Assembly: GCA_963729795.1 (NCBI GenBank)
Contig: CAVSPC010000054.1
Span: 1 to 64,000 of the forward strand
Reading direction: 5' to 3'
From: an uncultured delta proteobacterium
Lineage (GTDB): Bacteria > Desulfobacterota > Desulfomonilia > Desulfomonilales > Desulfomonilaceae
DNA: 64,000 nt
This document shows, piece by piece, positions 18,427-28,561 of this stretch; position 1 is the stretch's first letter, and every line of letters starts with the position of its first letter. The notes below the pieces were generated by a model that did no database searches, was not told where the DNA came from, and saw only the letters and a program-made list of their open reading frames with translations. A program made the translations under genes and the position numbers.

Positions 18427-19173
18427 CTAAAATAGAACTGAAGATTCGATAAAGAAACCCGTACGATTTATATCAATAGTGTCCCGATCCCGTTTGGATT
18501 TGACGTGCCACATTCGATACCCGGAGTTAACGGTCCAGGTCCAGAGGCTATTTACAGGGATGTCCACTGACCCGCTGACCTCCCAATCCCACGTCTCAAG
18601 ATCTTTGTAATTCCACCAGTCAGCCCTGCCGGACACACATGGGCGTAGAGAGATACCTTCTATTATGGGGTAGAAACTTCCGTGCAGGCCAAGAGTTGGA
18701 ATCGTGCGAGTCTGGTTTTCACTGTAATCAAAAAAAGAATTCGCAACCGTAACATCACTGACTCTGGTCTCCGTGTTCAAGATTCCAAGATCGCAATTGG
18801 CACCCAAGAGGGTCTGCGGGGTCATGTAGAAATCGCAATCATAACCCAGTTGAAAATAACGTATTCTTTGAAAAGAGTTGTTCCTTGAGCCATAGAGACT
18901 GTTCGGTTCGCAGCGGAACCTGAACACGTGTATATTATCTAATCTGAAATTCGCAAAGTATTCCCACACAAGTTTATTACTATCCACGCCGACATTGTCG
19001 ATGATGTCCAATTTGGTTCTATCGCTCTGTATAAGATCTCCTTGAAGCACCGAGAACCACATTCTATAACCGGCGCTCAGTCGCAGAAACGCAGGCACTT
19101 CCCATGCATGGACGTTTCCGAGGAGGAGAAACCAGAGGGCCGTGAGCCAAGCAGTGACGAGCAGTTTTTTCAT
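18427..19173 (-). CDS. Outer-membrane beta-barrel protein, family unassigned
   Basis: Signal peptide MKKLLVTAWLTALWFLLLGNVHA, alternating amphipathic beta-strands, and a C-terminal aromatic residue (…SVLF). Confidence 0.55.
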   Translation of the reverse strand: MKKLLVTAWLTALWFLLLGNVHAWEVPAFLRLSAGYRMWFSVLQGDLIQSDRTKLDIIDNVGVDSNKLVWEYFANFRLDNIHVFRFRCEPNSLYGSRNNSFQRIRYFQLGYDCDFYMTPQTLLGANCDLGILNTETRVSDVTVANSFFDYSENQTRTIPTLGLHGSFYPIIEGISLRPCVSGRADWWNYKDLETWDWEVSGSVDIPVNSLWTWTVNSGYRMWHVKSKRDRDTIDINRTGFFIESSVLF

Positions 19174-19529
19174 TATCGAAAGCCGATGCGCCGCCGAACT
19201 CAAACATTACTTTAATAAAACGTCGCAAGTAATATCTTTTAATGATGAATTTGTCAAGAGGAAGTGAAGGGGTGTGCTCGGACGATGGCCTGTTTGGCCG
19301 CAGCCCACATTGGGAAACCACTGTCGGAATCCGATGCAGATTTCCGGAACAAATAAGGGGGTGAGCAGTGCAGACTTGCATCTGCCATTATGAGGATTGC
19401 AGGAGAGAGGAATTCCTCTGTTTACAGTTGTCGGGGATAAGTCAGCTCTCTTGCAGAGGCAGCCGCTAAGCCTCGTGGACGGGGTCCGAGCGACGCAATT
19501 CCAGACCGCCGGCGGCCTGAACAATAAGC

Positions 19530-20369
19530 TCAACCAAATCGGCCTGTTATGTAGCCTTCTGTCTGCTGGTTTTTCGGGTTTGTGAATACTTGGCTCGTGG
19601 GGCCGACTTCGATTATCCGGCCCTCAAAAAAGAAGGCAGTATAGTCCGATATTCGGGCAGCTTGTTGCATGTTGTGTGTAACGATAACTATGGTGAAATT
19701 CTCCTTCAAGGATTCGACCAACTCTTCTATTTTGTCGGTAGCCCTTGGGTCGATAGCGGATGTGGGCTCGTCCATCAACAAGACTTCAGGCTGTACAGCA
19801 ATGGCTCTGGCTATGCAAAGTCGTTGTTGCTGACCGCCGGAGAGTGCGGTCCCCGGAGAGTAGAGCTTGTCCTTAACTTCATCCAGGAGGGCTGCGCCTT
19901 CCAACGCCTGGTCCACCCGTTCCGAAAGGTCACGGCTGGATAGCTTATAATGCAACTTCAGTCCCCAAGCTATGTTCTCGAATACCGTCATTGGAAAGGG
20001 AGTAGGCTTTTGAAATATCATTCCGACTTTTCGCCGCAATTCTAGGATGTTGACGGACGGTGAAAGGATGTTCATACCGTCCATAAGAATCTCCCCGGCG
20101 GCTCTTTGATCGCGGTAGAGTTCGTAAATTCTGTTATAGACTCGTATGTGAGTGGATTTGCCACATCCCGACGGCCCAATTATTGCAGTCACTTTATTGG
20201 AGACAATATCCAGATCATTCGAGTGTAGGGCCTGATGATTGCCATAGTAGAAATCGAGGTTTCTAACCGAAACCTTGACCTCCGTTTCCAAAGCGGTGTC
20301 TTGTGATTTTGGCATTTCATTAACCGGTTGCGGCTCTGCAAGATAAGAGAAAGCCGGGGTTTTCTTCAT
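19530..20369 (-). CDS. pstB: Phosphate ABC transporter ATP-binding protein
   Basis: Walker [18 protein letters not shown] signature, and the PstB-specific C-terminus. The start is trimmed to the ATG at 20369, which forms an ATGA overlap with the pstA stop; the track ORF extends to 20543. Confidence 0.9.
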   Translation of the reverse strand: MKKTPAFSYLAEPQPVNEMPKSQDTALETEVKVSVRNLDFYYGNHQALHSNDLDIVSNKVTAIIGPSGCGKSTHIRVYNRIYELYRDQRAAGEILMDGMNILSPSVNILELRRKVGMIFQKPTPFPMTVFENIAWGLKLHYKLSSRDLSERVDQALEGAALLDEVKDKLYSPGTALSGGQQQRLCIARAIAVQPEVLLMDEPTSAIDPRATDKIEELVESLKENFTIVIVTHNMQQAARISDYTAFFFEGRIIEVGPTSQVFTNPKNQQTEGYITGRFG

Positions 20370-21250
20370 CGTTGGGACTCCCTGAAAGCCGTACGCGCAG
20401 CTATCGTCAGTGCCAGCACCGCGATCATGATCAAAAGTGAGGCTCCCCATGCAAGCTGCTGCCAGTAAGCATAAGGTGACATCGCATAATTGAAAATGGT
20501 TACGGTCAAGTTTGCGGTGGGTGCGGCGAACTGGCTCGGCCAATAAGGGCTGTTAAGTGCGGTGAACAATAGAGGTGCGGTTTCCCCGCTCACCCTCGCT
20601 ATCGAAAGTATTATCCCTGTGACAATTCCAGCCTTTGCTGCGGCGAAGACTACCTGGAGAGTTATCTTCCATCGGGGGGCGCCAATAGCTATAGCGGATT
20701 CGCGTAATTCGTTCGGCACCAGGTTGAGCATGGCCTCGGAGGTACCGACAACGACCGGAAACATTATCACGGCCAATGATACTGCTCCCGCGTAGCCGGA
20801 GAATTTGCCCATCGGTACAACCATGGAGGCATACACGAAAAGTCCTACTATAATTGACGGAATCCCTATCAAGCAATTGGTGACGAAACGTGCGGCGGCC
20901 CCCAAGATGGATTTCTGCCCGAACTCTGACAAATATATTCCGGCAAGTAGCCCGAGGGGCACGGCGATGAGGGTTGCCAAGCCAGTGAGCTCCAACGTTC
21001 CTAAAATGGCGTTGGCCAGCCCTCCCTCCTCGCTTCCTGGCGGCGGGGGCAGTTGCGTGAAAAAAGACCAGTTAAGCGCATGCATGCCGTTTTGGACTAC
21101 TTCGATGAGAACCCATCCCAGAAAAATAATGCCGAGAAACGCACACGAGGTTGCTACAACCTTGGCTGCAAAATTCACAAAATTACGCATTCCGGAAGAG
21201 CGACGAGTCAAATACCTACTCCAATCGAACCACGAATCTGTTTGAGCCAC
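20366..21250 (-). CDS. pstA: Phosphate ABC transporter permease PstA
   Basis: [18 protein letters not shown] motif. Confidence 0.9.
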   Translation of the reverse strand: MAQTDSWFDWSRYLTRRSSGMRNFVNFAAKVVATSCAFLGIIFLGWVLIEVVQNGMHALNWSFFTQLPPPPGSEEGGLANAILGTLELTGLATLIAVPLGLLAGIYLSEFGQKSILGAAARFVTNCLIGIPSIIVGLFVYASMVVPMGKFSGYAGAVSLAVIMFPVVVGTSEAMLNLVPNELRESAIAIGAPRWKITLQVVFAAAKAGIVTGIILSIARVSGETAPLLFTALNSPYWPSQFAAPTANLTVTIFNYAMSPYAYWQQLAWGASLLIMIAVLALTIAARTAFRESQR

Positions 21251-22146
21251 AACTGGGCAAGGATCTGTATCACCAGAGTTATCGCGAACAAAATGAGACC
21301 AAGCTCAACAAGGGCACTTAGATAAAGTGGCGAAGACGCCTCTGTGAACTCATTGGCCATGGTTGAGGCGATTGTATTGCCTGCGGAAAACAGGGAAGCT
21401 GAAAAAGCATGCGTATTGCCTATGACAAAAGTCACCGCCATCGTTTCGCCGAGCGCTCTGCCGAGCCCCAGAAACGCGGCCCCAACCATCCCTGTGAACC
21501 CATACGGGATGGTCACGTGTCGAGTCACTTCCCATGTACTACTCCCGATGCCATAACCTGCTTCTTTGACCACCTTCGGAACCATCGTGAACACGTCTCT
21601 CATCACTGCGCTGATAAAGGGTAGAATCATAAGGGCGAGTATAATTCCGGCGGTAAGCATGCCGATTCCCATTGGTGGTCCTTGAAAGAGAGGCAGGAAT
21701 CCCAAGTACTTCCCCAGGAGTGGCTGAACGTGGTCCGCCATGAAGGGAGCAAAAACGAACAGACCCCACATGCCGTAAATAATGCTGGGTATTGCCGCTA
21801 GTAGCTCAATAGCATATCCCACCGGCTTGCTTATGACGGGGGGGGCAAGCTCAGCAAGGAACAATGCAATGAAGAGACTTATCGGCAACGCAAGAAGCAT
21901 CGCGATCGCAGTAGACGCTAGGGTGCCGAAGATGCTGCTCGCTGCCCCGAAGTCCTCTGTGACCGGGTTCCAGGCGTTGGATGCAAGAAAAGCGAGCCCA
22001 AAACGGTGCAGAGACAAGTCGCTGGCACGAATGAGTTGCACCATGAGGGCTGTCATAAGCAACACGAGAGCCGCGGCACCAGAGGCTGCGGCCAATCGAA
22101 ATATCGTGTCGCCCGTATTGCGGATTTTATTCTTCTGAGGGCCCAT
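21208..22146 (-). CDS. pstC: Phosphate ABC transporter permease PstC
   Basis: Typical PstC TM topology and the EAA-like loop. Confidence 0.9.
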   Translation of the reverse strand: MGPQKNKIRNTGDTIFRLAAASGAAALVLLMTALMVQLIRASDLSLHRFGLAFLASNAWNPVTEDFGAASSIFGTLASTAIAMLLALPISLFIALFLAELAPPVISKPVGYAIELLAAIPSIIYGMWGLFVFAPFMADHVQPLLGKYLGFLPLFQGPPMGIGMLTAGIILALMILPFISAVMRDVFTMVPKVVKEAGYGIGSSTWEVTRHVTIPYGFTGMVGAAFLGLGRALGETMAVTFVIGNTHAFSASLFSAGNTIASTMANEFTEASSPLYLSALVELGLILFAITLVIQILAQLWLKQIRGSIGVGI

Positions 22147-22223
22147 TCATACTTATCCGTGTCGCTCTATGCTGAAATCGAGGGGGAGAGCAGGAACCCC
22201 CTCGATTTTCCGTCATCAGATGA

Positions 22224-23303
22224 TTATTTCCACACGGGCTTGTCGCCTGATTTTACATCAGCCTTCCACGTGGCCTTCACGAGTTCCACCACGTTCTTCG
22301 GCAGCGGGATATAGAGAAGCTTTGCTGCCATCTCGTCCCCCTTGTCGTAGCACCAGGAAAAGAATTTTAAGACGGCCTCGGCTTTAGCCGCGTCGGGCTG
22401 CTCTTTATAGAACAGGATGTAGGTAGCGCCTACTATCGGCCAACTCTTCTCACCCGGCTGGTTAACGAGGCTGATATAATACATCGGAGCATTCTTCCAA
22501 TCTGCGTTAGCTGCTGCAGACTTGAACGTGTCAATGGTTGGCTCCACAAATTTGCCCGCCTTGTTCTGTAACTGGGCGTAAACAAGGTTGTTTTGTAAAG
22601 CGTACGCAAACTCTACGTAGCCGATGCCACCGTTAGTGCGCTGCACGAAGGCGGAAACCCCTTCATTGCCCTTGCCGCCGATTCCGGCGGGCCATGAGAC
22701 GGCATTGGCCGAGCCAACCTTCTCCTTCCACTCTTTTGAGATCGCGCTTAAGTAACTAGTAAAAATCCAGGTCGTCCCTGAACCGTCGGACCGGTGAACT
22801 ACCACGATGGCCTGATCAGGGAGCTTAAGATCAGGATTCACTTTCTTGATCTTCTCGTCTTTCCAGTTTGTTATCTTTCCAAGATAAATTTCACTCAACA
22901 ACTCCGGGGTGAGCTTGAGCTTCCCTTTTTCAATTCCTTTAACGTGAGTTACCGGGACCACTCCACCCATAACCATCGGCCATTGTATGAGCCCGTGCTT
23001 AACAAGCACGTCCTTCTTGAGTGGTTCGTCTGATGCACCGAAGTTCACGGTCTTTGCCTTGATTTGGGCGATTCCGCCACCGGAGCCGATGGACTGATAA
23101 TTCAATTGAACGCCTGTTTTCTTCTGGTACTCGTGGGCCCACGCCGAATAAATCGGGTACGGAAAAGTCGCGCCTGCTCCGCTGATCGCTATCGGCCCCG
23201 CTGCATTGCAGACGGAGCCCGCGGCGGGAACCAGCAGGAAAAAAGCAGCGACAAACGCTGCAACCACTAGGGAGCCTGACATGATTGTACGCCCGGCCTT
23301 CAT
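22224..23303 (-). CDS. pstS: Phosphate-binding periplasmic protein
   Basis: Signal peptide, SGAGATFPYPIY and SDGSGTT motifs. AAGGAG RBS. Confidence 0.9.
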   Translation of the reverse strand: MKAGRTIMSGSLVVAAFVAAFFLLVPAAGSVCNAAGPIAISGAGATFPYPIYSAWAHEYQKKTGVQLNYQSIGSGGGIAQIKAKTVNFGASDEPLKKDVLVKHGLIQWPMVMGGVVPVTHVKGIEKGKLKLTPELLSEIYLGKITNWKDEKIKKVNPDLKLPDQAIVVVHRSDGSGTTWIFTSYLSAISKEWKEKVGSANAVSWPAGIGGKGNEGVSAFVQRTNGGIGYVEFAYALQNNLVYAQLQNKAGKFVEPTIDTFKSAAANADWKNAPMYYISLVNQPGEKSWPIVGATYILFYKEQPDAAKAEAVLKFFSWCYDKGDEMAAKLLYIPLPKNVVELVKATWKADVKSGDKPVWK

Positions 23304-23586
23304 AAGTAACTCCTTTCATCACACCATTTCAATAGCTTACCGGATAGCCAACTGCTGGTAAGTTGTAACCTAAAAAATAGGCTCTATTCATTAGAGGGCC
23401 GTAAGGAGAATATTAGAAGTTAGTCACGCAAAGATTAGATGAGTGTGAGCGCTATGTTAGAAAATGATTAGGGAAGCTAATGGATGAGCTATAAAGGCTT
23501 ATTGGCAACAAAGGCACATTCCGGTTCACGTAAATGCACGGCCTGATTAATCTTCATTGACACGGAGGCTCTCTTATCGCCCTTAT

Positions 23587-26500
23587 TTACTTCACAAATT
23601 CAACCGACACTACGTTTGATACTCCAGGTTCTTCCATAGTTATTCCATAGAGTGAATCGGCCTCTTCCATGCTTCGCTTGTTATGGGTAATGACGAGAAA
23701 TTGGGTCCTGTCCGAGAGTTTTCTAAGCATCTCGTTGAAGCGGATGAGGTTCGCGTCATCGAGAGGTGCATCCACCTCGTCAAGAAGGCAGAACGGCGAC
23801 GGCCGTATAAGGAATATGGAGAAGATTAGAGCCACCGCCGTAAGTGCCTTTTCGCCACCGGACAGGAGGTCCATGTTCTGGATTCTCTTACCCGGGGGGC
23901 GAGCCATTATGTCCACGCCGGTTTCGAGAAGATCCTCCTCATCGGTAAGCTCCAATCGTGCCTCGCCGCCCCTGAAAAGAAACGGAAATATCTCCTGGAA
24001 TTTCTCGTTGACGCTGTCGAAAGCCGCGCGAAAGCGTTCCCGAGTGGTTTTATTGATGGTATTGATAGTGGTGTACAGTGAATCTACCGCCTTTTTTAGG
24101 TCTTGTTCCTGATCGAGCAGAAATGTCAGCCTTTCGTCAGCTTGTTTGCTCTCCGCGATGGCGGCCAGATTCACCTCACCCATTGCGTTCATCTTATTCC
24201 GAATATCGGATATCAGTTGATCGTCGGGAGGAGACTCAGGGCAGGGCAGGGAGCGGGGATCTACCTGATACCGTTCAAGGATTCTTTCAACGAGGCCCTG
24301 TTGGGCTTGGTCCAGACGTACGGCCTCCATTTCCAAGCCGTGGACGGTCTCCTTGAGTTCTTTGATTGCCTTCCCGGTTGCAGCGACCTCTCTCTCCAGC
24401 GCTTCTATAGAAACAGAGAACTCTTTGGATTCGGTTTGCAGCGTCTCAATCTGAGCTGCTTGCGCGCCATGATGATCCATCAGCTCCTTTTCTCTCAGCT
24501 CAGCACGGGCGAGCTGCTCCCCAAGGTTATTCCTTTCAATCTCATTTCGCTCAATCTCGGCCGAAAGGGCGGCTAACCTGGCCTGATGTTGTTTAAGGCT
24601 TTCCCGCGAAGTCCCGCACTCGCGATCCAGTGAACGGCTTCTTTCATCCATTTGTGCAACTCTGACTCGGAGCTGATTTGTGAACTGTGATTTTTCTGAG
24701 GCAAGACGGCTGGAAGCCTCGACTTTGCGGCTCACATCCTCTCTTTCTTGCTGGATACAGACCCGTCTGCCTTCTAGGAGGCCAATGGCTTCCTCAGCCT
24801 CGGCGAGGTCGATAGAAAGGTCCTTACGTTCCTTTGTCCCCCTCGCTCTTTCCAGGTTAAGCACTTCAAGTTTCCGCTCCGCATTTGCAAATCGGGCTTC
24901 AAGGACTTCTTGATCCTTGCGTAAACGAACTCCGTTCACGTTCAATTCGTTCAAAAGCCGCTCAACCTGATCGACCTGCAAAGAAAGCTTTTCAAGATGT
25001 GCCTCCTCCTGCTTTGTGTTTAACTGCAATCCGTCGAGCCTGGGCTGAAGAGATGCAATTTTATGTTCAAGTTCCGCGATCTCGCGGCGCTGCTCAAAGA
25101 CTATTTCTCGACCGTCCTCCTGGGAGCCTGCTGTGATCTCACCGTGGCGATTGAGCATGTCGCCCCCCGGAGTTACCAGGTCGACGTGGATTCCGTTATT
25201 TTCCCAAATCTCAACTGCTTGTCGAATGTCTTCGACAACAAAGCAGCGGTTCAGCAGGAAATCCCCCAGCCTCTCATAGCCTTTCCGAAAACAAACCACC
25301 TCCTGCAGCGGAGTGAGGCCGTCGGGCACATTACCAGGCCCTAACTCCGAGGCCGGTCGAGGAGATAGCGGAATAAATGTGGATCTGCCTACGCCCGCTT
25401 CCTTGAGCCTATCTGCGGCTTTGGCCCCATCACGAGTCGAGGTGACCACCAGATGGCCCAAACGATCTCCAAGGGCTGCTGAAAGCGCCTTTTGGAATTC
25501 CGGGGGGACGTCGATCATCTCGGCCAGAGGGCCTAAGAGAGCCCCTTTAGTTCCGGATTCTCCATCCTTAAGCAGGAATCTAACTGCCCGACCATAACCA
25601 CTGTAGTTTCTTTGCAGTTCTTCAAGTGATTCCAGCCTCGCCTGAGCCGATGCCAACTGCTTTTCCACTACTCTGAGGTTTTCCCTCAGCGAACCTATCT
25701 GTTGCCTGGAAACTTCCCGAGCTTTGAGGTGTTCCGCTTTTGCGGCCGCGTTCTCTTCTTGGATTCGGATGAGTTCGGCCAAATTGTCAGTAAGTCGTTC
25801 TTTTGCCGTCCGGTCCTCATCCAGACTAGCGCGCGTTTCTGCAAAGTCCTTGGAAATCTTGTCCAGAGTAGCTTCTATTTCAATGCCGCGTCTTGTCAGA
25901 GTTTCCTTTCGATTTTTCTCCCGGGATGTCTCTTGAAGAGCATGGAACAGGTCATCCTTGAGTTGATCCAGACGTTCGCGTTGGCTGACAACATCTTTTT
26001 CAACTTCCTCCGAGTCTTCCAGGGCTTGCTTCAATTGCCCGCGGACAAGCTCCAACTCTTTATTGACCTCTTCCTTATCCTTGTGCAGTGCATCTTGGAG
26101 GGATCGCGCTTCTTCGACCTTTTGTTCCAGGACTTGTTTTTCCCCGAGAGATCGTTGGGTCTGCTGCGCAAGTTGCGAAACGCGGTTCCGATCTCTCTCC
26201 ATGCTGCCTCTTAGGCCGGACAGATCCAGCTCCACACGATGGCGTGCTTCAAGAAGATCTTTAAGGACCTTTTCGCGCTCCAAGGCTTTCAGTCTGTCAT
26301 GTTCGAGTCGAGCCGTTATGATGGAGTAATGAGATTCTTTCTGCAAAAGATCCGATCGACCTGTTTCCAGTTCCCCTTGGACTTGTTCCATTTGTTTCCG
26401 GAGTTCGCTGCACTTGTACGCATGGAGCGCGACGTCCAGTTCGCGAAGATGCTCGTTCAGCTCGCGATAACGTTGGGCCTTCGAGGCTTGTCTCTTCAGG

Positions 26501-27120
26501 GAAGTACTGTGGCGCTTCACCTCTCCAATAACATCACTGATTCGCAATAAGTTTTGCCGGGTTTGTTCAAGTTTCTTTAGTGCGGTTTCCCGGCGGGATT
26601 TATAGCGGTTGATCCCTGCCGCCTCCTCGATCAACACACGGCGATCTTCGGGCCTTGACGCGACGATCGCATCGACGCTCCCCTGCTCGATAATGGCATA
26701 GGAGTTCTTGCCTACTCCGGTGTCGAGGAAAAAATCAGTGACGTCCGAGAGTCGACAGGCGACGTTATTGATTTCATATTGAGATTCTCCATCTCGGAAC
26801 AGGCGGCGCGTTATCATTATTTCGTCGTAATCGGCCATGGAAGAAGGTGACAGCCCTTCGGTATTGGATAGAACCAGACGAACTTCCGCCATACCCACGG
26901 GCTTGCGGCTTTCAGAACCATTGAAGATGACATCTTCCATCTTCTTGCCCCGCAGGCTGCGAACCCTCTGCTCCCCCATGACCCATCGTAATGTTTCAAA
27001 AATATTACTTTTACCGCAACCGTTGGGGCCCACAATGGCAGTTATGCCGGGCTTGAAGTCAAAGACGGTCCTGTCCGGAAAGCTTTTGAATCCTTTGACT
27101 TCGAGTCTTGTGATCTTCAT
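23587..27120 (-). CDS. smc: Chromosome segregation protein SMC
   Basis: 1177 aa with an N-terminal Walker A (GPNGCGKSN), long coiled coils, a hinge, and the C-terminal LSGGEKALTAVALIFSIF signature with a Walker B (LLDEVDAPLD). Confidence 0.95.
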   Translation of the reverse strand: MKITRLEVKGFKSFPDRTVFDFKPGITAIVGPNGCGKSNIFETLRWVMGEQRVRSLRGKKMEDVIFNGSESRKPVGMAEVRLVLSNTEGLSPSSMADYDEIMITRRLFRDGESQYEINNVACRLSDVTDFFLDTGVGKNSYAIIEQGSVDAIVASRPEDRRVLIEEAAGINRYKSRRETALKKLEQTRQNLLRISDVIGEVKRHSTSLKRQASKAQRYRELNEHLRELDVALHAYKCSELRKQMEQVQGELETGRSDLLQKESHYSIITARLEHDRLKALEREKVLKDLLEARHRVELDLSGLRGSMERDRNRVSQLAQQTQRSLGEKQVLEQKVEEARSLQDALHKDKEEVNKELELVRGQLKQALEDSEEVEKDVVSQRERLDQLKDDLFHALQETSREKNRKETLTRRGIEIEATLDKISKDFAETRASLDEDRTAKERLTDNLAELIRIQEENAAAKAEHLKAREVSRQQIGSLRENLRVVEKQLASAQARLESLEELQRNYSGYGRAVRFLLKDGESGTKGALLGPLAEMIDVPPEFQKALSAALGDRLGHLVVTSTRDGAKAADRLKEAGVGRSTFIPLSPRPASELGPGNVPDGLTPLQEVVCFRKGYERLGDFLLNRCFVVEDIRQAVEIWENNGIHVDLVTPGGDMLNRHGEITAGSQEDGREIVFEQRREIAELEHKIASLQPRLDGLQLNTKQEEAHLEKLSLQVDQVERLLNELNVNGVRLRKDQEVLEARFANAERKLEVLNLERARGTKERKDLSIDLAEAEEAIGLLEGRRVCIQQEREDVSRKVEASSRLASEKSQFTNQLRVRVAQMDERSRSLDRECGTSRESLKQHQARLAALSAEIERNEIERNNLGEQLARAELREKELMDHHGAQAAQIETLQTESKEFSVSIEALEREVAATGKAIKELKETVHGLEMEAVRLDQAQQGLVERILERYQVDPRSLPCPESPPDDQLISDIRNKMNAMGEVNLAAIAESKQADERLTFLLDQEQDLKKAVDSLYTTINTINKTTRERFRAAFDSVNEKFQEIFPFLFRGGEARLELTDEEDLLETGVDIMARPPGKRIQNMDLLSGGEKALTAVALIFSIFLIRPSPFCLLDEVDAPLDDANLIRFNEMLRKLSDRTQFLVITHNKRSMEEADSLYGITMEEPGVSNVVSVEFVK

Positions 27121-27483
27121 TAGAGTTCAAGGCCAATTCATTGAAATGTGCGGATACTATCTTTGGTCAGGTTCAATGTAAAGTAAAAATCTGAAGTAGC
27201 CTTTGTCCGTTATTCTGGTACGTGGTGCGGTCATTACGGATTCTCGAAAGTAATCACCGAAAAAGAAAATCATTTCGTGACGGCGGGCATCTTGGTGGGG
27301 ATGGGCATCCTGCCCGTCCGTCAGCGACAGGCTGGAAGCCCCGGATATTCGGCGTAAGAATCAAGCTCAAGATGCGTTCGGAATATCGCAAATCCTCATG
27401 CTAATGGACTAACTACAACAGTGCGAGACACAGAGTAAATACCGCGCGCCTGGCATATCCGACACCCAATACAATCTCATTTT

Positions 27484-27852
27484 TCATAGATAACGGGAAA
27501 AAGTCTCTCCTTTAGAATCCGTCAGCTCACACGATATAATCCACCGTGTTGGGATCCAACGAGACATGCGCTCGCCAATCCGTCCGGTTGAACCAGGTCC
27601 GGTGATCACAGTTGCATCCACGATCTTGATCGGATAACCCACCGGCTTGGATTCAATTCCTTGGCTTAAAACATCAACTAAGAGCCTCTCGAACCACGAC
27701 TCGGCCGTCTTTAAACGATAATGCAAGCCCGGGCCGCTGATGAAGGCTATCTCAAGGCCCTGGCCCACGCAGCAACATCCTTTAAAGACAAATGATACCG
27801 CAAACCTGTCCCACCAATCCAAATTAGGTGTCCACGCACCCATGACCCCCAA
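27484..27852 (-). CDS. Hypothetical protein
   Basis: The ORF lies upstream of smc and has no recognisable motif. Confidence 0.3.
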   Translation of the reverse strand: MGVMGAWTPNLDWWDRFAVSFVFKGCCCVGQGLEIAFISGPGLHYRLKTAESWFERLLVDVLSQGIESKPVGYPIKIVDATVITGPGSTGRIGERMSRWIPTRWIISCELTDSKGETFSRYL

Positions 27853-27948
27853 TTAATTCGAGAACCAGTATAGGCCGACAAGAGCCTTACATGCCGTAAT
27901 CTGCGATTCTCTCTAAACGGATGTTTTCCATCATGCTATTATACCTCT

Positions 27949-28458
27949 ATGAACACGTTAGATGAATACGATTACATTCTCATCCGAGAGGCGAACATTC
28001 TGGTTAAGATTCTGCGCGATACGGCAGAAGTAGGTCAGCGAGCTTCACCGGAATTTTTCGACGTGAGGACAGGAGTTCAGCTCAAAGAAATCCACCCTGC
28101 TTTGCAGGCAGATGAGTTGCATCGCGGCTATGTACTCCCCGACAGCCACGCAGGCGCTATCCTTAAAGGGGGCACCCCCATAACGGGTGGTCCATCCGTT
28201 GATCCTTCGAAGGTGGTGACCATTCTGGGCGCCCGGCAGAGGAAGCTCGATGCCATCGTGGCAGATTCGATTTTCGACCAACTCAAGACATTGACAAATG
28301 TGCTGGAGGGGGTGCTGGATGCTGCCGATCATGCACAAAAAGAACAAAGATTTTGGTTGGCACAACAGGTTCTGACTTTGGTGAGGAAGTTCTCCGGGAG
28401 AGAGCTGGCCGAGTTGGAAGGAGTTGTGGAATGGCTCAGAACAAGGCCTCCGAAATGA
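27949..28458 (+). CDS. Hypothetical protein
   Basis: 169 aa with protein-like composition. It sits upstream of the TPR/protease gene. Confidence 0.4.
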   Translation: MNTLDEYDYILIREANILVKILRDTAEVGQRASPEFFDVRTGVQLKEIHPALQADELHRGYVLPDSHAGAILKGGTPITGGPSVDPSKVVTILGARQRKLDAIVADSIFDQLKTLTNVLEGVLDAADHAQKEQRFWLAQQVLTLVRKFSGRELAELEGVVEWLRTRPPK

Positions 28459-28561
28459 CAAGGTCGCGCCTCAGACCGGGACGTGCGAAAAACGGCCTTC
28501 AAGTGGGAAACTCCCGTTATGGGCCGTCCTGGAAAGTTATTGTATAAGGCGAGGATTCTTG

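Noticed and set aside
19530-20543. 337-aa extended version of pstB from the ORF track
   Set aside because: The N-terminal 58 residues are not PstB-like and overlap pstA. An internal ATG with an RBS gives the normal 279-aa PstB with an ATGA overlap.
23669-26550. Many 70-170-aa plus-strand ORFs
   Set aside because: All are antisense to the 1177-aa smc gene.
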